Virus record (IMG/VR): IMGVR_UViG_3300045988_094716
Location: 47,865-111,864 of that record
Direction: 5' to 3' (one strand)
DNA: 64,000 bases
Source of the DNA: a virus
Shown here: piece by piece, positions 17,806 to 24,935 of the stretch
Layout: every line of letters starts with the position of its first letter
Numbering within the stretch: position 1 is the stretch's first letter
Made by a program: the position numbers and the translations under genes
The notes under the pieces: model-generated
What the model saw: the letters and a program-made list of their open reading frames with translations, nothing else
The model's database searches: none
What the model was told of the DNA's origin: nothing

Positions 17806-19477
17806 GTACGATGCTGATCATAAGGCGGTTCACACCTGGGATCATTTCGCTGTCGAGATTCCTCAGCGGTTCATTGTCAATTCCTGCGATGTGACTACCA
17901 AGATGGCCGAGTGGCGTGATTCTGCTAATGTGTTCAAGCGTTCTCTGGAGGAGCTGACCATGGATGCCGTGGACACCGTACTTGAGCTGATTGCGCAGAA
18001 CAGCCTGTATCGCGGCAAGGAGTTTGAATCTCTGGTTCGTGGCTTCAAAATCGATAAGCGAGTGTATGATCGTCTGCCTGATGAAAAGAAGTCCGCTTAT
18101 GTTTGGATGGCTCCCGGCGGTGCGTCGATGAACCGGCTTCGTATTCGTAACACCGCTATCGGCACCCTTCTTATCAATTTGAGCGAAGGCATGGATGTGG
18201 ATTCCGCCGTTACCGCCTTTGAGAAGGTTGTCGCTCCTGCCAATTACAAGCGTCCCAAAGCTATTTTCACTAAGAAGATGCTGGAAGATGCACAGAAAAC
18301 CGTTACTGAGTTGGGTTACATGAACAGTCTGGGTCGCCGATTTGCCACTCTGGATGATATTACTGCCAACAATATTCTGTTCTGCAACCGCGATGCCGCT
18401 CCTCGTGTAATGGGGGCAATGAACCCGTTCGAGGCAATGGCAAAATCTATGGGCACCGATCCTAAGAAGTTCGGTCGCGCGGAGGAAATCGGCATCGACA
18501 AGTTCATCAGAGACGTGCTGCCGACTGCAACGGGCCTAGAGCTGTTTATGGAGAATCGTTTCGAGAAGAATATGATGTCTCTGATTGCTCTGCAGGATAA
18601 GGCTGCGCCGTCTATGTTCAAGTGGCCTAATGGTTTCAGTTGGGCATATACCGGCAACATGACTGACAGCCAGATTCGGGAGAACGTCAAGAATGCTGGC
18701 GGCAAAGTCGATGGCGTGCTGCGTTTCTCTATTCAGTGGAACGATAAGCCGGGCGAGTGGGATGAAAATGATGAGGATGCTCATTGCATTGAACCCGATA
18801 AGAATCACATCTATTTCGGCAGCAAGTGGCACCCTCGTACTGATGGCCGCCTGGACGTAGATATTATGCGTCCCATTCGCTATAAGGCCGCGGTCGAGAA
18901 TATCACCTGGCCTGACATCAAAAAGATGAAGGAAGGCGAGTACAGCTTCTATGTAAACTGCTTCGCTAGTCGCGGCGGCAAAACCGGTTTCCGTGCTGAA
19001 ATCGAATTCGATGGCAACATCTACTCGTTTAACTACGATAAGCCGCTGCATGGTGGTCAGAATGTAGCTGTGGCAAAGGTCACTCTGAAGGATGGCAAAT
19101 TCTCTATCAAGGAACTGCTTCCCAGTTCTACCAGCACCCGTGAAATTTGGGGTGTGAGTTCCAACCAGTTCGTACCTGTGTCTGTGGCGATGTACTCTCC
19201 GAACTACTGGGACGAACAGACCGGCAATGGCAATCGTCACTACTTCTTCATGCTCAAGGATTGCGTCAACCCCGAAAAGCCGAACGGATTTTACAACGAA
19301 TTCCTGAAGGCGGAATTGCTGCAGCATAAGCGAGTGTTTGAGGCACTTGGTTCTCAGATGGCAGTCCAGTCGGTGGATGACCAGCTGTCCGGTGTTGGTT
19401 TCTCTGAGACTCAGCACAACAGCTTTGTCGTCAAGGTACAGGGCGCAACTGAGCGAGTTCTGAGAGTGGTGATTTGA
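17750..19477 (+). CDS. hypothetical large protein (575 aa), GC-rich, probable continuation of 17410..17805
   Basis: long ORF, no RBS before its ATG. Confidence 0.5.
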   Translation: MLAAILISDGKFGTEVNYEYDADHKAVHTWDHFAVEIPQRFIVNSCDVTTKMAEWRDSANVFKRSLEELTMDAVDTVLELIAQNSLYRGKEFESLVRGFKIDKRVYDRLPDEKKSAYVWMAPGGASMNRLRIRNTAIGTLLINLSEGMDVDSAVTAFEKVVAPANYKRPKAIFTKKMLEDAQKTVTELGYMNSLGRRFATLDDITANNILFCNRDAAPRVMGAMNPFEAMAKSMGTDPKKFGRAEEIGIDKFIRDVLPTATGLELFMENRFEKNMMSLIALQDKAAPSMFKWPNGFSWAYTGNMTDSQIRENVKNAGGKVDGVLRFSIQWNDKPGEWDENDEDAHCIEPDKNHIYFGSKWHPRTDGRLDVDIMRPIRYKAAVENITWPDIKKMKEGEYSFYVNCFASRGGKTGFRAEIEFDGNIYSFNYDKPLHGGQNVAVAKVTLKDGKFSIKELLPSSTSTREIWGVSSNQFVPVSVAMYSPNYWDEQTGNGNRHYFFMLKDCVNPEKPNGFYNEFLKAELLQHKRVFEALGSQMAVQSVDDQLSGVGFSETQHNSFVVKVQGATERVLRVVI

Positions 19478-19749
19478 TGGAGCTTAAATATCATGTCGGC
19501 GATAAGGTTATGATTCGTCCGGATCTTAAAACGGGTGAAATATATAAGATGTATTCGGGGCCAATGCATGGCGGATGTATTTACAGTGTCACACCTAGTA
19601 TGAAACAGTTGGCTGGTAAATTTGCCACGATTGAAAGAGTTTGTGATAGGGGAGCTGGATATAGACTTGAAGAATATGGTTTCTCATGGACCGATGGAAT
19701 GCTGCTGCCGGCTGATTTAAATGAGTGCGTTTGTGCTTCGCTGTTGTGA
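19477..19749 (+). CDS. paralog 1 of C-terminal ECxCxSLL family
   Basis: ATG overlapping upstream TGA; ends NECVCASLL. Confidence 0.55.
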   Translation: MELKYHVGDKVMIRPDLKTGEIYKMYSGPMHGGCIYSVTPSMKQLAGKFATIERVCDRGAGYRLEEYGFSWTDGMLLPADLNECVCASLL

Positions 19750-19758
19750 GGTGGTCTG

Positions 19759-20034
19759 ATGAAATATCGATACGAACCCGAAGACGCAGTTTTCGTTCGG
19801 CCTGATTTGAAATGTGGCCTCGGTTATTGGATGCGTTCTGGGAAAAATGGAAACGAAGAACAGCTTGCAGCTGTTGGCGATATGTTGAACTTCGTAGATA
19901 AAACCGTTCATATTTCTGGATATTCTCGTAGTGGTTCTTATTACATCAAAGAAGATTCGGGACGATGGCGCTGGACTGATGAGATGTTCGTTGGTTTGGC
20001 TGGCAACGAATGCTACTGCGAATCTCTTCTGTGA
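19759..20034 (+). CDS. paralog 2 of C-terminal ECxCESLL family
   Basis: ends NECYCESLL; GAGGTGG RBS. Confidence 0.55.
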   Translation: MKYRYEPEDAVFVRPDLKCGLGYWMRSGKNGNEEQLAAVGDMLNFVDKTVHISGYSRSGSYYIKEDSGRWRWTDEMFVGLAGNECYCESLL

Positions 20035-20042
20035 GGTGCCAA

Positions 20043-20318
20043 ATGGACTATCGGTACAAAATAGGAGAGGCCGTTTGGGTTAGAGATGACCTCGAATATG
20101 TAGCCTCTTATGATATGACGTCTGGCCCTTATCCAGAAGGCAATCGTAATGTCGTGACAAATAAAATGGTCAAACTCCATGGGCAGCTTGTCCATATTAA
20201 AAATAATTCTGCTGCCGGCCAATATTATGTGGAAGAAACAAATAGTCTTCAATGGACCGACGATATGTTTGAAGGCTCGGAAAATAATAATGAATGCCGA
20301 TGCGAATCCCTTCTGTGA
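20043..20318 (+). CDS. paralog 3 of C-terminal ECxCESLL family
   Basis: ends NECRCESLL; GAGGTG RBS. Confidence 0.55.
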   Translation: MDYRYKIGEAVWVRDDLEYVASYDMTSGPYPEGNRNVVTNKMVKLHGQLVHIKNNSAAGQYYVEETNSLQWTDDMFEGSENNNECRCESLL

Positions 20319-20325
20319 GGTCGTT

Positions 20326-20613
20326 ATGGATTATGTAATTCCACTTCGATTTAAGCCCGGCGATCATGTTGTGGTTCGTCCGGATTTGAATATCAATACG
20401 GTCTACCAAACATTTGGAGGCAAGAATGCCGGTTATCGTACAATTCCAACAATGAATATGGTTCGCCTTGCTGGAATGGAATCTGAGGTTAAAGAGTATT
20501 CTAAGTCTCAAAAAACTGTAAAGCTAAAATGCTGTGGTTTTTATTGGACAGAACAAATGCTGATTCCCCAAAGTTTTGTAGAACAGGAATGTGTTTGTGA
20601 ATCACTTTTGTAA
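20326..20613 (+). CDS. paralog 4 of C-terminal ECxCESLL family
   Basis: ends QECVCESLL; GAGGTCG RBS. Confidence 0.55.
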   Translation: MDYVIPLRFKPGDHVVVRPDLNINTVYQTFGGKNAGYRTIPTMNMVRLAGMESEVKEYSKSQKTVKLKCCGFYWTEQMLIPQSFVEQECVCESLL

Positions 20614-20633
20614 ATCTGAAAGGAGAAATTATT

Positions 20634-21017
20634 ATGGAAAAGAATCTGTTTGAAATCGCAACCCGTAATCGCTATCGCTTCAACTACAAGGGCATTATGA
20701 CTATTGAAGATCTGTGGGATCTGAACGTTGAGGCTCTGGACTCAATCTTTAAGACTCTGAACCGCCAGAAGAAAACTGCCGATGAGGACTCCTTACTGGC
20801 CGCTAAAAGCGCCGAGGATACTGAACTGGAAAATAAGATTGAGCTAGTCAAATACATCGTTTCTGTCAGGCTGGCCGAGTACGAGGCACGTGTGGACGCC
20901 GCAGAGAAGAAGGCGCAACGTGATAAGATTATGAAGATCGTTGCAAAGAAGAAGGACAAGGAACTTGAAGATATGGACGTTGACCAGCTAATGAAGAAGC
21001 TGGAAGAGTTGAATTAA
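20634..21017 (+). CDS. hypothetical coiled-coil protein (127 aa)
   Basis: ORF with AGGAG RBS. Confidence 0.5.
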   Translation: MEKNLFEIATRNRYRFNYKGIMTIEDLWDLNVEALDSIFKTLNRQKKTADEDSLLAAKSAEDTELENKIELVKYIVSVRLAEYEARVDAAEKKAQRDKIMKIVAKKKDKELEDMDVDQLMKKLEELN

Positions 21018-21087
21018 ATAGACATTTTATCGTGATTTTCGTTAAAATAATTAACGAAAATACGTTAGAATTTTGAGGTGATTTTTG

Positions 21088-21753
21088 ATGAAAACCTACG
21101 AAAAAATCGAAACGGTGTTTAATCGTGATATCGAAGGCACTAAAAAGCTGATTATCGGTGATTTTCGTAATGAAACCATTGAGTTCCTACAAAATAATGA
21201 GTGGGAATTTACTGAGAAAGTGGATGGCACGAATGTGCGTGTTTGCTGGGACGGTCATAAAGTCAGCTTTGCCGGACGAACTGAACGTGCCGAACTTCCT
21301 AAGAATTTGGTGGATGCACTAAATGAAATTTTCGGTACTTCTGAAGCAGAGGAATTGTTTGAACAGACTTACGGTGATAAAGAAGTAATCCTCTTTGGAG
21401 AGGGTTATGGTGGCAAAATTCAAGGATGTGGTCATGGATACCGACCTGATGAGTGGTTCATCTTGTTCGATGTCCTGGTTGGTGATAACTACCAGAGTAG
21501 AGAGTGGGTTGAAAAGACTGCTCAGATGTTTGGTATCCAAGTAGTTCCTATTTTGTTTACAGGGACGATTCGAGACGGTATCAAGTTTGTGTGTCAACAT
21601 CCGAAGTCTACGGTTTCGATTAATGACATTTATATGGAAGGTCTGGTTGGTCGTCCAAAGGTTGAGTTGAAAGACCGCAGAGGTAATCGAGTAATTGTCA
21701 AAATCAAGTGGAATGACTTCAAGGATATCGCTGATACGCTTGGTAATGAGTAA
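21088..21753 (+). CDS. RNA ligase, Rnl2-like nucleotidyltransferase domain only (221 aa)
   Basis: motif I EKVDGTN, motif III-like ILFGEGYG, motif IV EGLVGRP, motif V VKIKW. Confidence 0.55.
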   Translation: MKTYEKIETVFNRDIEGTKKLIIGDFRNETIEFLQNNEWEFTEKVDGTNVRVCWDGHKVSFAGRTERAELPKNLVDALNEIFGTSEAEELFEQTYGDKEVILFGEGYGGKIQGCGHGYRPDEWFILFDVLVGDNYQSREWVEKTAQMFGIQVVPILFTGTIRDGIKFVCQHPKSTVSINDIYMEGLVGRPKVELKDRRGNRVIVKIKWNDFKDIADTLGNE

Positions 21754-21945
21754 TTAAGACATTTTCTTCCTCCGAAAATGCCCTGAGCGGGGCTGACAGC
21801 CGGGAAAGACCGGCAATATATGCCAAGGTGCTGCAAATGGGAGACAGGGCGAGCCCAAACCTCGCTGTGGAAACACATGCGGTTTCGAATACCGTCCTTG
21901 GCACCAGAGCCCGAACGTCCATCTATTAGATATTGGAGGCATTTT

Positions 21946-22842
21946 ATGAAAAAGATTGATAAACTTACAAAAGAAGAAATTGAGCAAGCTTTTGAGGAAA
22001 GCAAAAGTTAGGCTGCGGTTGCGGAGAAGCTTGGATATTCAAAAAATGGTGGAAGTACGAATCATGTACTTCAAGATTATGCAAAAGCGCACAATATAAA
22101 TACTTCTCATTTCACTGGGCAGGGCTAGAATAAAGGGAACGTGGATTTGTCTCGTTTTAAAAATGGAAGACGAATAAAGGATTTAAAATCCGCACTTCTT
22201 TCTATCAAACCATATAAGTGTGAATGTTGTGGAAACTCTGAATAGATGGGCAAACAGATTCCATTGCAAGTACATCATATTGACGGAAACCACATAAATA
22301 ATGAGTTAGACAATCTTCAGTTGCTTTGCCCGAATTGTCATGCACAAACTGATAATTGGTGCAAAAATAATATCGGAAAATACAAGACCGTGAGCGATAA
22401 AGATTTTCTTGATGCGTTAAAAACAACATCAACTATAAATGCTGCTCTTGAAAAAGTTGGAATTTATTATTCTGCGAGAGTGTGGTATGACAAAGCAAGG
22501 CAACTAATGATTGAAAACAACGTAACTCAAATTCCACGTGAAAAGGTTATCCGTGAGAAAAAAGAAAGAAAAAGAAGAAAAATCAAATATTGTTCAATAT
22601 GCGGAAAAGAAATGAGTCCGCGTGCAAAAGGATGTCTCTGTAAAAATTGTTTAAAAGGAAATCCTTACAGTAAACGCATTGATTTTCCTGATAAAGAGCA
22701 ATTGAGGGTAGACACAGCTTCAATGTCCTTTCAAGATGTTGGAAGAAAATATGGAGTATCAGGAAATGCAATACGTAAATGGTGCAAGCATTATGATTTA
22801 CCATACAGAAAATTAGATATGAACAGTAAAGAGGAAAATTAA
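21946..22842 (+). pseudogene. HNH endonuclease gene; a single frame interrupted only by three TAG codons. Pseudogene or amber-recoded gene
   Basis: frame open for 299 codons except TAG at 22009, 22126 and 22243; HNH core LQVHHIDGNHINNELDNLQLLCPNCH lies downstream. Confidence 0.6.
22246..22842 (+). CDS. HNH endonuclease catalytic portion (ATG-initiated segment after third TAG)
   Basis: HHIDGN...N...CPNCH HNH motif. Confidence 0.55.
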   Translation: MGKQIPLQVHHIDGNHINNELDNLQLLCPNCHAQTDNWCKNNIGKYKTVSDKDFLDALKTTSTINAALEKVGIYYSARVWYDKARQLMIENNVTQIPREKVIREKKERKRRKIKYCSICGKEMSPRAKGCLCKNCLKGNPYSKRIDFPDKEQLRVDTASMSFQDVGRKYGVSGNAIRKWCKHYDLPYRKLDMNSKEEN

Positions 22843-22855
22843 CGTTGATAAAAAA

Positions 22856-22882
22856 GAAGCTGTAAAAAAAAAATACAGCTTC
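22856..22882 (+). terminator. 9-bp perfect hairpin GAAGCTGTA-(A)9-TACAGCTTC, possible bidirectional terminator
   Basis: inverted repeat directly after HNH gene stop. Confidence 0.4.
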
Positions 22883-22889
22883 TATATAT

Positions 22890-22977
22890 GCCGCAGTGAT
22901 GGAGTGACATACATTTCCCGCTTAAACCGGGACGCCTGAAATATGGATCGTGGGTTTGAATCCCACCTGCGGCACCA
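22890..22977 (+). tRNA. tRNA-Leu (anticodon TAA), long variable arm, CCA encoded
   Basis: acceptor GCCGCAG/CTGCGGC; anticodon arm TCCCG-CTTAAAC-CGGGA; T arm GTGGG-TTTGAAT-CCCAC. Confidence 0.75.
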
Positions 22978-22980
22978 TAT

Positions 22981-23054
22981 CGAGAACGTGGTGTAATGGT
23001 AACACGCCTGCTTTGGGAGCAGGAGTTGCAGTTCAAATCTGACGTTTTCGACCA
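22981..23054 (+). tRNA. tRNA-Pro (anticodon TGG) with imperfect T-stem, possibly degenerate
   Basis: anticodon arm CCTGC-TTTGGGA-GCAGG; acceptor CGAGAAC/GTTTTCG; ends ACCA. Confidence 0.45.
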
Positions 23055-23149
23055 GTTGGTTTTCCAACATGCTTTTCATAAAATACATTTCCTATTATTC
23101 TTGGCTCTCCAAAAATGGAGCAATAGGACACAGCAAGCCAAGTATATAA

Positions 23150-23223
23150 TGCGTCGTAGCCAAGCGGTTAAGGCAGGGTCCTTTGAAGTCCCGATTGCGA
23201 AAGTTCGATTCTTTCCGGCGCAA
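23150..23223 (+). tRNA. tRNA-Gln (anticodon TTG)
   Basis: Gln-type D arm GCC-AAGCGGTTAA-GGC; anticodon loop CTTTGAA; T arm GAAAG-TTCGATT-CTTTC; acceptor TGCGTCG/CGGCGCA. Confidence 0.6.
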
Positions 23224-23230
23224 TTTATAT

Positions 23231-23315
23231 GCCACAGTGGTGGAATTGACCTACACATCTATTTTAGGGGTAGACGCCGAAAGGCTTGCGAGTTTGAGTC
23301 TCGCCTGTGGCACCA
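23231..23315 (+). tRNA. tRNA-Leu (anticodon TAG), long variable arm, CCA encoded
   Basis: acceptor GCCACAG/CTGTGGC; anticodon arm TCTAT-TTTAGGG-GTAGA; T arm GCGAG-TTTGAGT-CTCGC. Confidence 0.75.
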
Positions 23316-23421
23316 CGGTCATAGAATGGTTGCGTACCGTTTATTGATCTCCTTTGATTGCCACTATTATTCCCGGCTCGCCAGTGATGGTGCAGTAGTG
23401 CTTTGTAAGCTGGGTTTTCAT

Positions 23422-23496
23422 GCAGCGGTCGTACAACGGCTAGTACATCAGCCTTCCAAGTCGATGGAGTGGGTTCGATTCCCATTCGCTGCTCCA
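23422..23496 (+). tRNA. tRNA, probably Gly (anticodon TCC), with an A:C mismatch in the anticodon stem
   Basis: acceptor GCAGCGG/TCGCTGC; D arm GTAC-AACGGCTA-GTAC; loop CTTCCAA; T arm GTGGG-TTCGATT-CCCAT; CCA encoded. Confidence 0.5.
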
Positions 23497-23677
23497 ATCT
23501 CGTATGGGTAGGATCTTTAGCAGTCAGATCCTGCTGCGCCTGTGCGAGATACCACCCCGAAAGGGGCTAACGAAATTATCCATGTACGTTATTCTCGGCT
23601 CGCTCGAAAGAGTGCAGCGTGCCTTTGCAAGCCGAGCATCCCAGCCTAGTGATGCCAGTTGCTAGGTTGGTTCTTAT

Positions 23678-23753
23678 GCGACTGTAGTTCAATTGGCAGA
23701 GCGTCAGATTTCCAATCTGAATGTTGCGGGATCGTCCCCCGTCAGTCGCTCCA
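23678..23753 (+). tRNA. tRNA-Gly (anticodon TCC), CCA encoded
   Basis: acceptor GCGACTG/CAGTCGC; anticodon arm TCAGA-TTTCCAA-TCTGA; 76 nt. Confidence 0.75.
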
Positions 23754-23980
23754 CACGCAGCCCCTGACGCTGCACCGGTTACTCAGAGCCGAAAGGAACC
23801 TATATGTTACGACATGGTTGCCAAGAGTGATCATATTGGAACGCGACGTAGCTTGGATAGTGAGAATTAAATTCTGAGGTATACGGCTGGATAGCTTAAT
23901 GGTAAAAGCGCTCGGAAACACCGAGAGATGAGGTTCGATCCCTCCACTGGCATCGCGCCGACGAAAGTTGGCGGTTATAT

Positions 23981-24056
23981 GGAATAGTAGCTCAGTTGGT
24001 TAGCGCCGACAACTTATAATTGTCAGACGCGAGTTCAAATCTCGACTATTCCACCA
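23981..24056 (+). tRNA. tRNA-Ile (anticodon TAT, reads ATA), CCA encoded
   Basis: acceptor GGAATAG/CTATTCC; anticodon arm GACAA-CTTATAA-TTGTC; T loop TTCAAAT. Confidence 0.65.
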
Positions 24057-24197
24057 TCCCGAAAGGGCGTACATAAAATCTGCTAGAACTTTTGTTTTAT
24101 AAGCGAATGAATAATATGACGTTAATACGTCTATTGTTTTTTGCTTATTTTCGGGGATTTAGCTATATAACACAGGATACGAAAAGGAGGTGGTTTG

Positions 24198-24281
24198 GTG
24201 AAACATTATGGAAGTATTTGCGAGATTGGTGGTTCTAAGATTGAGCCTGTCTCGTGTATCACTGGTGGTTCACCTTGTTAG
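24198..24281 (+). pseudogene. C5-MTase fragment carrying the catalytic PC of motif IV (GTG start, ends GGSPC-TAG), out of frame with the rest of the gene
   Basis: ...IEPVSCITGGSPC in frame A; canonical PCQDLSIAGKR is restored only by removing 4 nt (TAGC, 24279-24282). Confidence 0.5.
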
Positions 24282-24870
24282 CCAAGACCTTTCTATTGCC
24301 GGTAAGCGGGCAGGTTTGGCTGGAGAACGGTCTGGTCTATTTATGGAAATGATTCGTGTGATAAAGGAAATGAGGGATGCCACCAATGGAGAATGTCCAA
24401 AATTTGCAATCTGGGAAAATGTCCCAGGAGCCTTCTCTTCCAACAAAGGAGAAGACTTTAGATGTGTCTTGGAAGAATTTGCACGCATTGTCGAACCAAG
24501 TGTTTCAGTTCCTCGACCTTCGGGAAGAGAATGTAAGTGGGCAAAAGCTGGAGCAATCGCCGGAAACGGATGGTCCTTGGCGTGGAGATTATTCGACGCT
24601 AGTGGTTGGGGTGTTCCCCAGCGTAGAAAACGTCTCGCGCTTGTCATGGACCTTAGAGGACAATGTGCCGGAAAAGTATTATTTGAGCAAACGGGCGTGT
24701 CAGGGGATCTTGACAAGAGCATCAAGACGTGGAAAACCATTGCCCGACCTTCTGAAGGATGCACTGCAGGAGATGATTCATTGGTGGGAGATGAAAGATC
24801 CTACACTTTGAAGATTCGTTCTGGCTGCGCAGGGGGGGGGGTAAAGGAGCACTCGTGCAGAATGAATTGA
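24208..24870 (+). CDS. DNA (cytosine-5)-methyltransferase segment with motifs IV (partial), VI (ENV) and VIII (QRRKRL); carries a G10 tract near its 3' end
   Basis: SQDLSIAGKRAGL, FAIWENVPG, GVPQRRKRLALV. Confidence 0.6.
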   Translation: MEVFARLVVLRLSLSRVSLVVHLVSQDLSIAGKRAGLAGERSGLFMEMIRVIKEMRDATNGECPKFAIWENVPGAFSSNKGEDFRCVLEEFARIVEPSVSVPRPSGRECKWAKAGAIAGNGWSLAWRLFDASGWGVPQRRKRLALVMDLRGQCAGKVLFEQTGVSGDLDKSIKTWKTIARPSEGCTAGDDSLVGDERSYTLKIRSGCAGGGVKEHSCRMN

Positions 24871-24935
24871 GTGCGACTCTCTCCACTTTGCAAGATCAGA
24901 CTTTGTTCTGTGTAAAGCATTAAGGAGGGAATAGA

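Noticed and set aside
21035-21061. Perfect 11-bp AT-only inverted repeat ATTTTCGTTAA-N5-TTAACGAAAAT after gene 20634-21017 as a terminator
   Set aside because: The stem is entirely A/T except one CG pair and has no following U-tract on either strand. It is more likely an operator or a chance palindrome than an intrinsic terminator, so it is not reported as a feature.
17353-21067. 11-mer AATACGTTAGA shared by 17353 and 21057, resembling the SPO1 late -35 CGTTAGA
   Set aside because: An 11-mer is expected to recur by chance hundreds of times in 64 kb. The spacing to -10-like elements does not fit the SPO1 late-promoter geometry.
22009-22245. Exact 117-nt periodicity of the three TAG codons as evidence of an internal repeat
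   Set aside because: The three 39-codon segments are not similar to each other at the protein or nucleotide level. The equal spacing is noted but probably coincidental.
22996-23877. ORF-track ORFs 22996-23511 (+), 23264-23497 (-) and 23659-23877 (+) inside the tRNA cluster
   Set aside because: They overlap the tRNA genes and structured spacers. Their translations are low-complexity. tRNA assignments explain the sequence better.
23890-23955. Possible eighth tRNA (D-arm GCTT-AATGGTAA-AAGC, T-arm GAGG-TTCGATC-CCTC)
   Set aside because: I cannot form a 7-bp acceptor stem, and the anticodon stem would leave a 5-nt loop. Kept only as a tRNA-like remnant in a finding.
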